This document shows positions 1 through 14,100 of a stretch of DNA of 64,000 nt, piece by piece. The notes below the pieces were generated by a model. The model had not been told where the DNA came from. It ran no database searches and saw only the letters and a list, made by a program, of their open reading frames with translations. Position numbers and translations under genes: made by a program. Numbering within the stretch: position 1 is the stretch's first letter; each line of letters begins with the position of its first letter. The stretch covers positions 22,382,001 through 22,446,000 of the forward strand of contig CAIIXF020000001.1 of assembly GCA_903813345.2 (NCBI GenBank), given 5' to 3'. This DNA is from Owenia fusiformis (taxonomy: Eukaryota).

Positions 1-159
1 GTATTCGTGAATGCAACTAACGCCCGTCGGCTACTAACTAACTATTTTATGGGCAACTCATTTAAATATGAATTGTACCTGCCACTATTTTATTCATATT
101 GGTCATGAGGTTAATCTGGTAGCCGACAGGCGTTAGTTGCATTCATGAATACAAGGTTA
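1..159. mobile_element. Short inverted-repeat element (MITE), left end outside window
   Basis: 1-34 (GTATTCGTGAATGCAACTAACGCCCGTCGGCTAC) is the reverse complement of 119-152 with 2 mismatches. Confidence 0.65.
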
Positions 160-2128
160 GACATTTTAATTTTTTTGTTTGAATGCATGTTTGTGTTTGC
201 CTTACCTTAAACTTTTAAGTGACACCGTGATGTCATTGATAAACACCTTGATGTCATTGATAAACATGTTTGTTGTTTATTAAGGCAGCAAAGGGTTTGA
301 CAAAAAGAAATGTGACTGCAGATTCTGTAAGTTGAAAGTATCACATTGTATTGCATAACTTGGGTACTTGGTGAAAATAAAGCTTTGGCCTTGTTGTGAG
401 CTTTGCATTCAATGCTTTCATTCTGAATCTAACAGTTTAGGGAGCCTTAATTAGCACAATTAAATTATACTTAAATCAGCTCAATATTGAAGGAATAGTT
501 CTTAAATCAAGGTGGTAGTGGTAGATATACCTACTCACCGAATATAGTGATCATCTTTCCTTTGCTTATAGTTGGTTCAATGATGGGTTAAGTGGCGTTT
601 GGTTCTTTCGGAGAAAAATGAACAAAAATTGATTTAGAATCAGGAAAAAATGATTGGGAATATCAACCTGAACAGGGGAAACTTTTTTGAGATCTTAATT
701 TTGGTAAGGAAGATTGGTGCAGTGCTAGATTGAGCCAGTGGCTATGATTGGGCCCACAAATTATACAAACAAATTTTAGTGTTCTTTTTGCCTCAGGTTT
801 GTACTCTGTTTATCTTCCTTATCCAACATAAGAACATCTGACTCATTCAATTTCACCAAGAGGATGGTCACTTAGTCCCACCTTTCTTGAAGGTGAACCA
901 GTACATCTGATCTTCCTCTTTGGTCTTGATATCCTCCTATTGCTTATAGCCACGTCAATAATGGGTTAGGAAATTCACCAAAATATGTACTCCTAGAAAT
1001 TTCAGCACAAAGACTAATACATTTTACTAGTATAGATATTCTAAAATACTATAGGATAAGCACCATTCACAATGTGACTATCTTATAGAACTGTACATCT
1101 GGTTCCAATATTATTAAGATCACTTCTAAATTGCAACATCAAACATTACCTTAAGAATAGGAGTTCGCATTCACAATCACACCCCTGTTAAATGTTAACC
1201 TTACTCAATGGCGTAGTTGTACGCATACTCTCAATTTAGAGAAAAGTTGATTTTTGAGATTGAATTGCCACACACTTTAAAAATGGCCAATAATTCTGAT
1301 TTTCTTAGTCATATAAGTCAGAATTTCGTATTTTAAAATGCCCCAGAATGCTCCAAATGCAACCTCATTTTCAAATTCTCAAAACTTGTGGCGTACACTC
1401 ACAAAATGCCCACGCTACGCTACTGTTACTTATTCATGTACTGCTATAATTATGCCATTTGAAGATATAATTATGCCATTTCAATATATAATGATGCCAT
1501 TTTAAGATCTATTATACAGTTGATTGCTGTATATGATGCGAAAATGTTATTGAAATACATGAATTACAAAAAAGCATTACTGTAATAAAAAGAATTGACA
1601 TTTTTGGCCCATTCTGTAAATACTGTATTCTGATTCTGTGTTGAGTGGTGAACATCACATTTGGTTTAGCCAGAAAAGTAAAAACAAATTTAGATCCCCC
1701 TGCTTTGCTGCTGTATTTGCTTATATAGGCTATACTTTATTGTTTACATTTCATGTTTAAACTTTTAGTTTTGGGTTGAAATTCAAAATATTTGATACAC
1801 ATAGATATACCGTAGTATAATATCAGGTTCATATTTGACACACATACAGGTAGAGGTAGATTCATATTTGATACGCATAGATTCATATTTGATACACATA
1901 GATTCATATTTGATACACATACTACAGTACTAATATATCAGGTTTTGGGTATTTGATTGAGCTTCTGAAGTTCGATTAGGAAATGATTCGGAGATTTATC
2001 ATGAGTCTGAAATGTAGTTCTGTAAATTGAAGTTATTTTACTATGATAATTAATATGTATACTAAAGTACCTGTTGAAATTACATGTATATAGCATGAGT
2101 CTTTACATTACATGGTGTTTGCTTTTAG

Positions 2129-5100
2129 GGCAACACATTTGGCAGTCAACAGACTAATATATTTGGGTCAACATATAAAGTGCCACCACGTTTCAAGAAC
2201 AGACTTGGGGCTCCCCCTGCTGGCAGTGAAAGTTATCCAGAGGAGCCATTCGCAAGGAGTTTCTCACCCCCTCCTTCTACCAAGTCATCCACACCAGGTA
2301 AATACATAAATAATAGTTAATATGGTATGTATTATGGTTCATGTTTTCTTGGATTAACTCACAATCCAAGTTTAGTGTTAAAATAATATTTGTGTACATT
2401 TTTTCTTTTATTCAACAGTAAATTGTTATACATTTGTTAACACAATTACATGTATATTATTAGGATTGAGACAAAAGTGAGTGTATACGGCTTTTTTAAA
2501 TTGCTTTAATAGTCTCTGGTTACTCTTAGTTTTTTTTTATTTTATTTCTTCAAAAACTGGCATATTCTTTGGTCATGTTTAGGTTTTCTGAAAATCAAAT
2601 CAGAATAAATACAATATGATATTTGATTGTTTGTCCTGTAGGTGCATAATCCAACTGCATACAAGGTAGATAATTTGAGTACTCTGAGGTATTTAGGATT
2701 TGATTAAATATAATCTTTTTTATTGTTTCAGCCTTCACTGGTAGACCTGCAGACCTTAATCCAATCCAAGTGAGACAAGGTAAGACATTCAAAACATACA
2801 GGGTGACACAAAAATGCAACCCTCTCATTTTGAAATCACTCTCTCAGTTATGAGGGAATATTCATTTTGTTTCGTTTAGTTCATTTAACGTGTGGAATAC
2901 AGTGGTGCACTTAAATTGCATCAAAGACTTTGATTCAAAAATGCAGTTGAAAACATATGAAATAACAAAACATTTTCTGAAGTCTGTCAGTTTGGCTATG
3001 TGGCACCCACTTTGATTTGATGATTTTCCTGAAACACATATTTTAGTCAAAACATGTAAGAGTTTAATTTCCAAAAGTGTTGCATGGGTTGACATTTATT
3101 TTTATGTAGTTAAAAGTACATTGTAAATGTAAGGAGAACCAAAATTGTCAGTTTGCATGAAAAATCCCAAATCAAAATATTGACATAACAAATCAGTTGA
3201 AATTCGATTCTAGGTGTGATCAAAAAAGACTATAAGAGCTTACTAGCAGTGTATGCAAGTAAACAAAAAATGGCTCCTTTGGTGTATGAGACGGGCCTGG
3301 CTGGCAAGGATGTGCAACATGGTTTTATAAGTTCAGTCAAGATAAACAAACGGATATTTGGATCCTTAGGTATTGCACTTCATTAATACAGTTTCTTAAT
3401 TACAATTTCTTTTTGTAGAAAATGTTGACTTGCATTGACATTTCTTTCATTTCTTAAACAAACAGTTTGTGTTAACGAAAAATCTGTTTTCTTTAATATA
3501 ATTTGAAAATGATACACTCCTCACTATAAAGTGCTGAAATCTCAAACTTTTCACCAACACTATTATTAATTAATTAGAATATAATTTTGTTCAATTAATT
3601 AATTAGAATATAATTTTGTTCAATTCTAGATAAGTTCGCTTCGAAGAAAGAAGCTGAGCAGGCTGCAGCTCGAAATGCAGTTGAGCAGCTAAATGTTGAA
3701 AGTGCAGGTAAATAAATTAAATATTTTGATTTTGTAGATAAGTTCATTTAGGCTAATTAGGTGGGGATAATATTATACTTTTATTCATTGTTTTTGACAC
3801 TACATTATAAAAACAATCCAAAACAATGAATTAAATTATAACATACTTTGATACATAGAATAAGTGAAACTCTTGATTTAAGATTCTTTTTTTATTATAC
3901 AAGATGTATTTTAGTGTTATATGACATGTATATGCCTTCATGAGATCTTCATTTAAAAATGATTGTAATTGTTGATCAAAATTATGTGGCATAGCTATGT
4001 GATGTATTGAGCAAATGACAAGTCATGTTAGCTTTATAGTCATTCTTAATTCTGTTTAACCCATTGCCCACCTCCCTCAGGTGCATGGTTTGCAAGTGAA
4101 ATTGCACTGAACTATTTTAACAAAATTAATTAAAGTTGTTTGTTGGGAGTCTCAATAGAATCTAGTAAAAAGGGAAAACTTATATAGGCCGAATTGAAAA
4201 GCAGCAAAACTTTTGAAAAAGCATTATGACAGTTAAAAATGACAATGAGCAATTTTTGTAAAAAGAAAGCTCTCATTCTATTGAAGCTCCCACCCGTAAT
4301 GCGTGATTTTTGATTCTTTATATAAAGTTAAGGTTGGTTGGGCATTCTTTACGCCATGTATCTTCTATTAAATCTCATTCAGACTGTACAGTTAAGTGCA
4401 GTAAAGTCCAGGATAGTTGGGATTTTTATTGCACTCTATAAAGCTGTACAGCATCTTTTACTAACTTTTAGATATAAAAAAAATTCCAAAATCGAAGAAA
4501 AAGAAGACACCTGCAACTGGGCCAAACTTTAGTGAGATGTCACTGGGGCTTGGATCAGATGAGGATTCAGGTATATTAATAACACTTTTTTCACCCAAAC
4601 TCTTTAAACCTTTAAATTTGAGATAATACACAGAAATATCCAATTGTTTTTATTGTTGATGGTGTGAGGCATTGAGTAGTTAGTGTTTAGAAGTTGTTGT
4701 TTGGCATTCAATGTCTGTAACAAATGACAGGTGGTGACATTTTGCATGGGAATGCCTTGTGTTAAATTTAATATGAAGTCAGAAAATTATGACATTACAT
4801 TTTCAAGTATCTCACATTTATTGCACGTTGACAGATGTGAAGAGTGACCAGTGTTAGATTGTATCAGATTATTAAAACTGTTTAACTCATACATAATAGT
4901 CAGAGGATGATAGTGTTACTGATTGTATTCCAGGGTAGTAGACCCAACCCACAGTTCGGCATGTCATTTATTTATATCTCTCCTAAATGATTAGGATTGC
5001 ATGATAACTAGTATAGGAACAAACAAGTTTGCTTTTTTGTCACCATTTTTCATTAACCTGGTCCTGATTTGGTTTGAATGTTATTTAACTTAGTACTAAT

Positions 5101-8100
5101 GACCTTACTGCATATGAAAGCATGGAAGCATGAAAGCATGGAAGCATGGAAGTTGATACTAAAAACAATTAATGAGGTTAAAGATAGCAGTTTGGTAGTT
5201 TATTACAGAATTTCAAGGATTTGTATTTTTCTCAATTTCAACAACAATTTTTTGATTTTCCAGAGGCTGAAGAGTATGTAGCTGTGAAGCTTAATTTTGA
5301 TAAAGCTGTCATTAAAGAGCGTATAAGACAGGTAAGATGTTTTTCTCAATTAGAGGCTTTAAGTAGTAGGGAAGAGATCTTCAGTCTTATAAGAATAGTA
5401 CTTGCATTGTTACAGTTCAATTATTATTATTTAGATCGACTTATTTATTTAACCTATGACACCTTTATAGGGTAATCATTCCTATTGCATAGATCACTCA
5501 AAAAGTGTTCAATGTTTATCAAGTCAACATTGAGTATTGAGTCACATGGGAATCCAAACTAAAGCCTTTCAATGAAGTATATCGACATCCAAGACTAAAA
5601 TATGATTTGGTTATTCAATTATCAGATTAACGATACAAGATGTATTACTCAAGGGGCGAGGAGGAAAATTCTCAATAAATGGTGTATAGTTGGTTTGGCA
5701 GCATTTTCAGTTAGGGGAGAGTCTTGGATGAAAGTTCCACCTAGGTGATAGCTTCACAGAGTGGTAGGAAGTTCTTTTTTTTGAGGAGTTAGCCCCCCAC
5801 CCCCTAAAAACACCCCACCCGGAGAAAAAAATTGTTCACAGTAAATAACCTTAGATATTTTGATGTTTGTAAGTGACATACATAGAATTACATATATATG
5901 AATCACTTGCAGTATAATTGATGCTGATTGCTCCCAAAGAAATTGAATATTAGTACAAAGTGTGTACCCCAGGGGGCAAATTCGTGACTCATTTTCTTAT
6001 TTTTTTTATCCTAACTTTTCAATTAGACACTGTAAGAGGTTGAAAAAATTCATGGGAAGTGCCCAATAGCAGGGTTAGTAAAACTGAAAGATGCAAAGCC
6101 ATTGAAAAGGTAGGAGCTGAGAAAAAAATTGTTGATTTTTCGAAAAATTTGACATTTTTGACAATTGGATTTTGTGTATGACTATAGCTGACCCCTATAG
6201 TTTCTAGCTCCATCTCTCTATAATGATATTTATGGTTTTATAGTGTGGAACTAAGATGTAAAACATGATTTAGATGGGTTTTAAGGAAGTTAAAGGTTTT
6301 AAACAAGTCCAAAATTTGAAAAATTGTAAATATAAGGTTTCAAATTTACATATTCCAGGTATAGCCATGGCTGACCCCTATAGTTTCTAGATCCATCCCT
6401 CTGTGATGATATTTATGGTTTTGCCATGTGGAACTAATATGTAAAACACAATTTAGATGGGTTTTAAGAAAGTTTAAGGTTTTAAACAAGTCCAAAATTT
6501 GAAAAATTGTGAATATAAGGTTTCAAAATTTACGAATTTCAGGTATAGCCACGGCTGACCCTTATGATTTTTACATCCATACCTCTATGATTAAATATAC
6601 AGTTTTAGAGTGTGGGACTAAGATTTAACATATCCAAAATGAATTTTAAGGAAGTTTAAGGTTTTAAACAAGTCCAAAATTTGAAGAATTGTAAATGTTA
6701 GGTTTCAAATTTATGAATTTCAGGTATAGCCAAAGATGACCCTTATGGTTTTTACATCTATACCTCAGGGATGAAATATATCATTTTAGAGTGTTTAACT
6801 AAAATGTAAAAGATACCTAAGATGAGTTTTAAGGAAGTTAAAGGTTTTAAACAAGTGCAAAATTTGAAAAATTGATCTCAAAATTGGTCTCAAATTCACG
6901 TTATTCAGGTACAGCCTTGAATGAGCCCTGATAATTGAAGGTTATGAGCATAATAGTATCAACTATGATATCATAGCTTAGAGACCAGGTGTAGAACATA
7001 TACCTGTTGCAGCAGTTAGTCTGCTGCATATAGGTGGAGTGAAAAGTCGTGAACTACAGTAAAATCTCTCTAATCTGAATGCTACTGGTATTTGGACCAG
7101 CTAAAAGCATTCTAATTAGGAGTGTTTTAATTTTGAGGTTTTTACATCTACAATACAAGTTCTGGATTTTGAAGAAATATGAATGCATTCTCAATGAAAA
7201 ATATTAATAATATTTATACTGACCACATAAAAAGCTTAATAGCATTCCAAAATCCAAAAGTTTTGATATCATAACAATTCAGTGTTAAACTGACAATTTT
7301 GTAAGAAATATGTGATATTTGGTAAAAAGAGTTCAAGTTAGACGGATTAATTTTTCAATTAGATATGATGATTGGTAGGTATTCACAATAGTCAGATGTT
7401 GGGATATACAGGTTTCACTGATGATGTATCATTTATACAAGATGATGAACTAGAACTACTGTACTAGGTGCATTTGATAATTTTTACCACAATGTTAATA
7501 CTATGTCAGGAAAAGAAAGCACCCATGACACTTTGCTTGTACAACTTGAAAATCAACAACACTTTAAGATTTGATAAAGGTGTCTACCAAATGAGTAATC
7601 CACATAAATTCAAATACAAGCACTTGGCATGCTATTCCCTATGATGCTATTTATAGATTTTTTGTCAATGTTATTGATCAGCTCATTGGTTTCATTACTT
7701 TCTCTAGAATCTAAAATTGACCTTTGGTTTATGAGAGTGGTAAATTGGAATGCAGTTATATGGAATATTGAATTGGCTGGAATTGGACACACCTTGCCTA
7801 GCTATGTGTGCGAAAACTATGATCTTATGTGGATACAAACAGTTCGTTTGACAATGATCATCTATCTTATCTGTAAAATCAGAACTTAAAAAGGGGTTTG
7901 AAATGGAGATCGATGAAACCATACCACAAATTGATAAAACTTTCGTGATCGATGCAATGGCTATGACAAAAGGAAAATTAAGATTAACTTATATGTTGAA
8001 ATTTTGAGAGTTTTGGAAAGCTATATTTGACTACTCCATCAAATCTAGTAAAGGAGCACAAAGAATAGATTTCATATTACTCCTAGTAGTCTCCATCAGT

Positions 8101-11100
8101 AAAGGATTCTGAAAGAATGCGAAGAATGGATGCTTCCCCTACTGAACTTTAATCCAAAGAAGAAATTACACCATTACCTAAAAATATGAATACCTTTTGG
8201 CCAAGTCATATAATACAAATTTTCAAAGATTACAAAGAAATTTAATAAAGCAGCATACTAAAAGTGTGCCAAATGTCAAGATTGTTTTAAGTGGAACTAT
8301 TGGAGAGAACTTAAATATCTGTGAAAATGATAACTGAAATCCCCCGTTAAATTCCACTCTTGAAGAGGCTGATTTTAAACTTATTCACTCTGTTTTACAT
8401 TCAGTAGGAGAACATGTGGGACTGCAGTAATTTGCATCAAATGACACTGATATTCTAATTTTATGACTATCATTTCAATAAATGTAAAAAATTCTTCAAC
8501 TGCTAGAAAACGTCATCTGCAAAGTCAGTATGTAAACATTTTCTACAATGTCTGTTTGTTTAATACATATTGATCATATATATCACCATATATACTTTTT
8601 TGATCTACATGAAGATTTTAGTGTGATAAGACCCTTTTACCCTGGAGTTCCTAATCTCATTGCACTAACGGGAGTTTCTAGGCCCAGCGGGGTATGATCC
8701 TTATAATCCTTATTTTCCCAAATAATTACTGTTGCCTGATGACAAGTTGTTTTATTGGGAGTGTAGTGATTATAATTATAATCCATGGCTATACCTAACA
8801 TTCGTAAATTTGAAACCATATATTTACAATTTTTCAAATTTTGGACTTGTTTAAAATCTTTAACTTCCTTAAAAACCATCTAAATTATGTTCTACATCTT
8901 TAGTTCCATACTACAAAACCATAAATATCACCAAAGAGGGACGGATTTAGAAACTATAGGGGTCAGCCATGGCTATACCTGGAATTCGTAAATTTGAAAC
9001 CTTATATTTACATTTTTTCAAATTTTGGACTTGTTTAAAACCTTTAACTTCCTTAAAACCCATCTAAACTATGTTTTACATCTTAGTTCCACACTATAAA
9101 ACCATAAATTTCATCATAGAGGGATGGATCTAGAACCTATAGGGGTCAGCCATGGCTATACCTGGAATTCGTAAATTTGAAACCTTATATTCACAATTTT
9201 TCAAATTTTGGACTTGTTTAAAACCTTTAACTTCCTTAAAACCCATCTAAATTATGTTTTACATCTTAGTTCCACACTTTAAAACCATAAATATCATCAT
9301 AGAGGGATGGATCTAGAAACTATAGGGGTCAGCCATGGTTATACCTGGAATTTGTAAATTTGAAACCTTATATTTACAATTTTTCAAATTTTGGACTTGT
9401 TTAAAACCTTTAACTTCCTTAAAACCCATCTAAATTATGTTTTACATTTTAGTTTCACACTATAAAACCATAAATATCATCATAGAGGGATGGATCTAGA
9501 AGTTATAAGGGTCAGCTATAGTCATACACAAAATCCAGCTGTCAAAAATGTCAAATTTTTCGAAAAATCAACAATTTTTTTCTCAGCTCCTACCTCTTCC
9601 ATGGCTTTGCATCTTTCAGTTTTACTAACCCTGCTATTGGGCACTTCACATGAATTTTTCCAACCTCTTACAGTGTCTAATTGAAAAGTTAGAATCAAAA
9701 TAGTAAGAAAATGAGTCACGAATTTGCCCCCTGGGGTACATACTTTGTACTAATTTCCAAATTCTTTAGGAGTTATCAGCATCAATTATACTGCAATTGA
9801 TTCATATATATAATATCTATGTATGTCACTTACAAACATCAAAATATCTAAGGTTATTTAGTGTGAACAATTTTTTCCCCAGGGTGGGGTGTTTTTGGGG
9901 GGGGGTGGGGGGCTAACTCCTCAAAAAAAAGAACTTCCTACCACTCTGTGAAGCTATCACCTAGGTGGAAGTTTCATCCAAGACTCTCCCCTAACTAAAA
10001 ATGCTGCCAAACCAACTATACACCATTTATTGAGAATTTTCCTCCTCGCCCCTTGAGTATATGAAAATAATTGTACATTTGTGGTATGATATGATATGAT
10101 GAATTGTGTGAACTCAAAAGACGGGGAGTAATATCCAGTATTGATATTATATGTCGACTAGCAACATTGCATGATACTGTAAATAATACTAAAATATACT
10201 GAAAACTGAAGAGGTACCTTGATTCTTGGATAAGAATGGGGGTAGTAGTGTAACTATTTAGAATTACTGAATATAATATTCAATGTATCTGTCAGTCCCT
10301 ATATACTAGACATAAACAGCAAACATATCTGTATTTAGCAGTTATGTCCCTATCTTTGAATATATGCCTGGGGTCTTCCATTGCTACATTATATCAATGG
10401 CATCACACGTCTGTGTGTGAGTGAAATTTGGAAGAAATGAAACATGACGTCATATGATTGTCTTGGCAAAAAAGCTTGGCGGCTATACAGGAATATATAG
10501 CTGACGTTCAGCTCCATTGACTTCAATACAAATGCTTCTCTAGGTATGTAATACATAACATTATAGACACTATGCTACAGTTGAATGAAATTTTAGTGGT
10601 TTTCTGGATAATGTATCGGAGTCATAATTGAGATTTGATATGTATAATAATAGAATGGTGCTGTTGCAAAGATTATGGGAAATACTTTTCAAGTTTCTTA
10701 TGAACCTTTCTGAAGTGCTTTCTCATTAATGTTACTGTTATAATATCATGCTGGTGCTCAGACCATCTCTTTCCTACTATAAGGACCGTGAGCTCGCTCA
10801 ATGTTCTACTTATCATATTCAAAAGTGTCAAATTAAGTCTGTAATAGGACAAATCTCAATATTTGCCAGAGAGTTTACACAATCTCCCAAGAATATACCA
10901 TGCTATGATTCTCAACAGTTTGATGAACATTGAAGGCCTCAGCCAGCGAAGCAGCCACAGGATCCATCCCATGTTATGCCGTGCTGTAAATATTTTCAAA
11001 AATTCAATCAAACTCTCTGTGAATGATTGTAGAAATTCAAAGTCTACTTTATCTGGGGTGTCACTGGGGGCGTGGAAGAATGGGTTGGAAGTGCCCTTGA

Positions 11101-14100
11101 GATCCAGGATTGTTGAGTAGCCGTGTTTGTGGTACTCCGTCAGTTCTCCACGGTACCATGGTGTACCAGGCATTATGGGAATGATTTGGGTTGCGCTGAA
11201 ATGTCCACTAAGGATCTGCAGCAAATTAGATGATGGGGTCAGCCTTGTGGGATAATTCGTTGGGATCACTTGGGCTGGTATATTGTTTTTTCCGGTCCCA
11301 GCGTCTACATGTTATGTTAGCTCCACAGTGAATAGCCAAAGCTGTTTCATTTGGTGCTGGCATCAGTGTTGACTTCGTCATTTCGGCTGAACCAAGGTTG
11401 TCAAATTCATGCCCTGAATTACACGTGAAAAACCAGCTGTAGGCTGAGCTTGCAGTTGCAGCATATTGTGCTAATGCTAAGAAAATTGCCACTCCAGGTC
11501 CCCTCTCGCTGGCACACCCGAACCAACCACTCTGGGCAGTGGACACAACTATCCACTGTTTGCCTCTTTTCAAGGTCGCATATGTATTGTAAGCTACTCC
11601 ATTGTTATTCACAGTACCTGATGCCTTTATCTCAACCTGTCCTTTATTCTTCACAGCCTCATTGATTTTGTCTCCATCTTTTATACCAACTAGAAATACA
11701 GGCAAGGGATGGAGTTCTAGACTCTTAGGGCTGTTCAGCATCGCTAGTTCACCACTTGGACTGTTCATGACAGCAATCAGAGCTCTCACATTACGTTTCA
11801 CAGACTTAACTATGTCAGAGTCATAGCGGAAGTCCTTGATTCTGACCCCTGTACCTCTAGAAACATCACTCAGCCATTCAGTGACAGCTACATCACCTTC
11901 ACAACATTTATTTAAACTCGCCAATGTTCCTTTTATGTCCCCAATTTCATTGAAGTTGAACTGTGGAAATGCATCAATCTTTGGACCATCTCTGATTTTG
12001 ACATAACATTCTGAATGGTCATACTGAATAACCTTGAATTCCAGTGTTTTGGTCTCGAATCCTAAAGATCTTAATTTCTCACCGATCCAGTTTGTCGTTG
12101 CGTGGTCTTGTGTGGTCCCTGATCTATGGCAGTTGGGTCCGAGAGTATAGTACTCCTGTATTACCTGCTTGCAGTCCATTCCAGCTTGTTTAACATTGAG
12201 AGTCATTTTGCTTCTTTATGGTTCTTATGTTACTTATAAATGTCCATGTAGTTTGTTAAAGGTTATTCTGAACTGTTTGTGGTAATACATATATACAATG
12301 TATGTTTATATACGAGGGGCGGCTCAAAAGTAATTGGCAACATTTTACAGGAGTAGTAAGATTCATCCAGTCTGTGTGAGATTAAGGTATATATCAAGAG
12401 CAACCAAAATGATAAGTTGTGAAAGAATTGTAAAACCAAAATAAAAAGTTTTCACGTTTTCAATGAGCCTTTCTGCCAACCTTTTTTTGTCTTAACTTTT
12501 GAATCATCCCTCGTATGTTGACAATATATTGTCAATTTGTTTTGTGACCTTTATCTTGTGTTCTTGTTTCTAACATTGAATTTGAGTTGATAAGTGGCAC
12601 CAAAGCGCTGATATTATGAGTGATCTGATGATTACATATAATGTAAAGCTCTCATACAATTTAATTTACAATGTGTAAAATGATCGCCCTTATGTACGAG
12701 ATAGGTTCTATACAAAATGAACCATTACATAATCTTGTTGTATTGTCAAGAGGAATCAATCAATTTGTGTGTTTATCATGGTATAACACAGTATGGTATA
12801 TCTTTTATAGTAGATCATTATTATTTACAGGAACCACAATTTAGAGGACCTCGAACTACTTCTTGTATGTGTTTTCCTGCTCAAACATCTGTTGCCTTGT
12901 TTGACTGGATCATAAATTACATATTTGCACGTGTAAAACATATTTCGTGAAATTGCACCAAGAGAAAGTTGTAAGTTCTGAAGAAAAGCGTTAACTGAAG
13001 ATATGTGTTTCTGGTATGGTCTGATTATTTGAAAGTCAACTTGGGCAAATAATTAGTGTTAAACATAAACATCTCCAGGTAGCATGAATACATATGTTTC
13101 ATAAATAGAAAATGTATTTTATTTAGGTTTCATAAAAATTGAAGTACTAGACATGTTATAAATCCCAGTGATATCACTAGCACTTGTATATATTATCTGA
13201 TTGTCACTTTGTTTGTAATCCACATAACACAGATTTGTTACCATTTATATTTATTTATTAATAATTTACAAATTCTGAATATCAAATAACTTTACATTGC
13301 ATTGATCATGTCTCATAATAAAACAACTAATCTACTTGTGTATTAAAGATATTAAAGATAACACTGCATTTGCATGTTCCTAATGAAATAAAATATCTTT
13401 TGTTGGTTCATAAAATTAATCTCTCTTCGTGTTAACAAGTTAAGAAATTGGTGATAGAAATATATACCAAATTGGTGTTAAAATGGCACAAAAAATATTA
13501 ATTATTTAAATGCAGTGATACTTGTTCTCTCATTGGTCAGTGACACAGCATGTGACTAAAGTAAAAAAGTTTTCTGATGACTTTTTTTATCAACCAGGTT
13601 ACAGATTTTGATAACAACCATGTTACAGATCCTGTAAATATACATATCAAAAGTTATCAGTTCAAAAATATTAAAAACTTTCTACAATATCTAAACCTTT
13701 TTTGCTGTTTGTTGAAACTTGGTACTGTTCATTCCAATTTATATATTTCTAGAAAACAACTAGATATAATTTACAAATACTAATTGTAACATAATTTGAT
13801 TTTAGTTTAGATATGTAAACCACCACCATTTGACATCGTTGAAGCACTGAGCCTGTATGTTCTATGGAACAGTAAAATACAGTAAAACCTGTCTTAGTGA
13901 ACACCTCTCTCTAGTGAATGCCTGTCCTTAGTGGACACTCTTCCTTGGCTTGTACACTACTGACTTCTGTATAAATCACCCTCTCTGAAGTGAACACCTA
14001 CCAACACTGAATATTTCATGGCAAAAGTATGTTCAATATATACAGGTTTGACTGTACTACTTAATTAAGTAGGAATTACTATTTAGAGACAGACAATATA

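Noticed and set aside
797-970. Possible further upstream TDRD7 exon
   Set aside because: No convincing open frame with a compatible donor or recognisable motif.
6019-9719. Twin 64-aa ORFs (6019..6213 minus, 9490..9684 plus)
   Set aside because: Mirror images within transposon TIRs.
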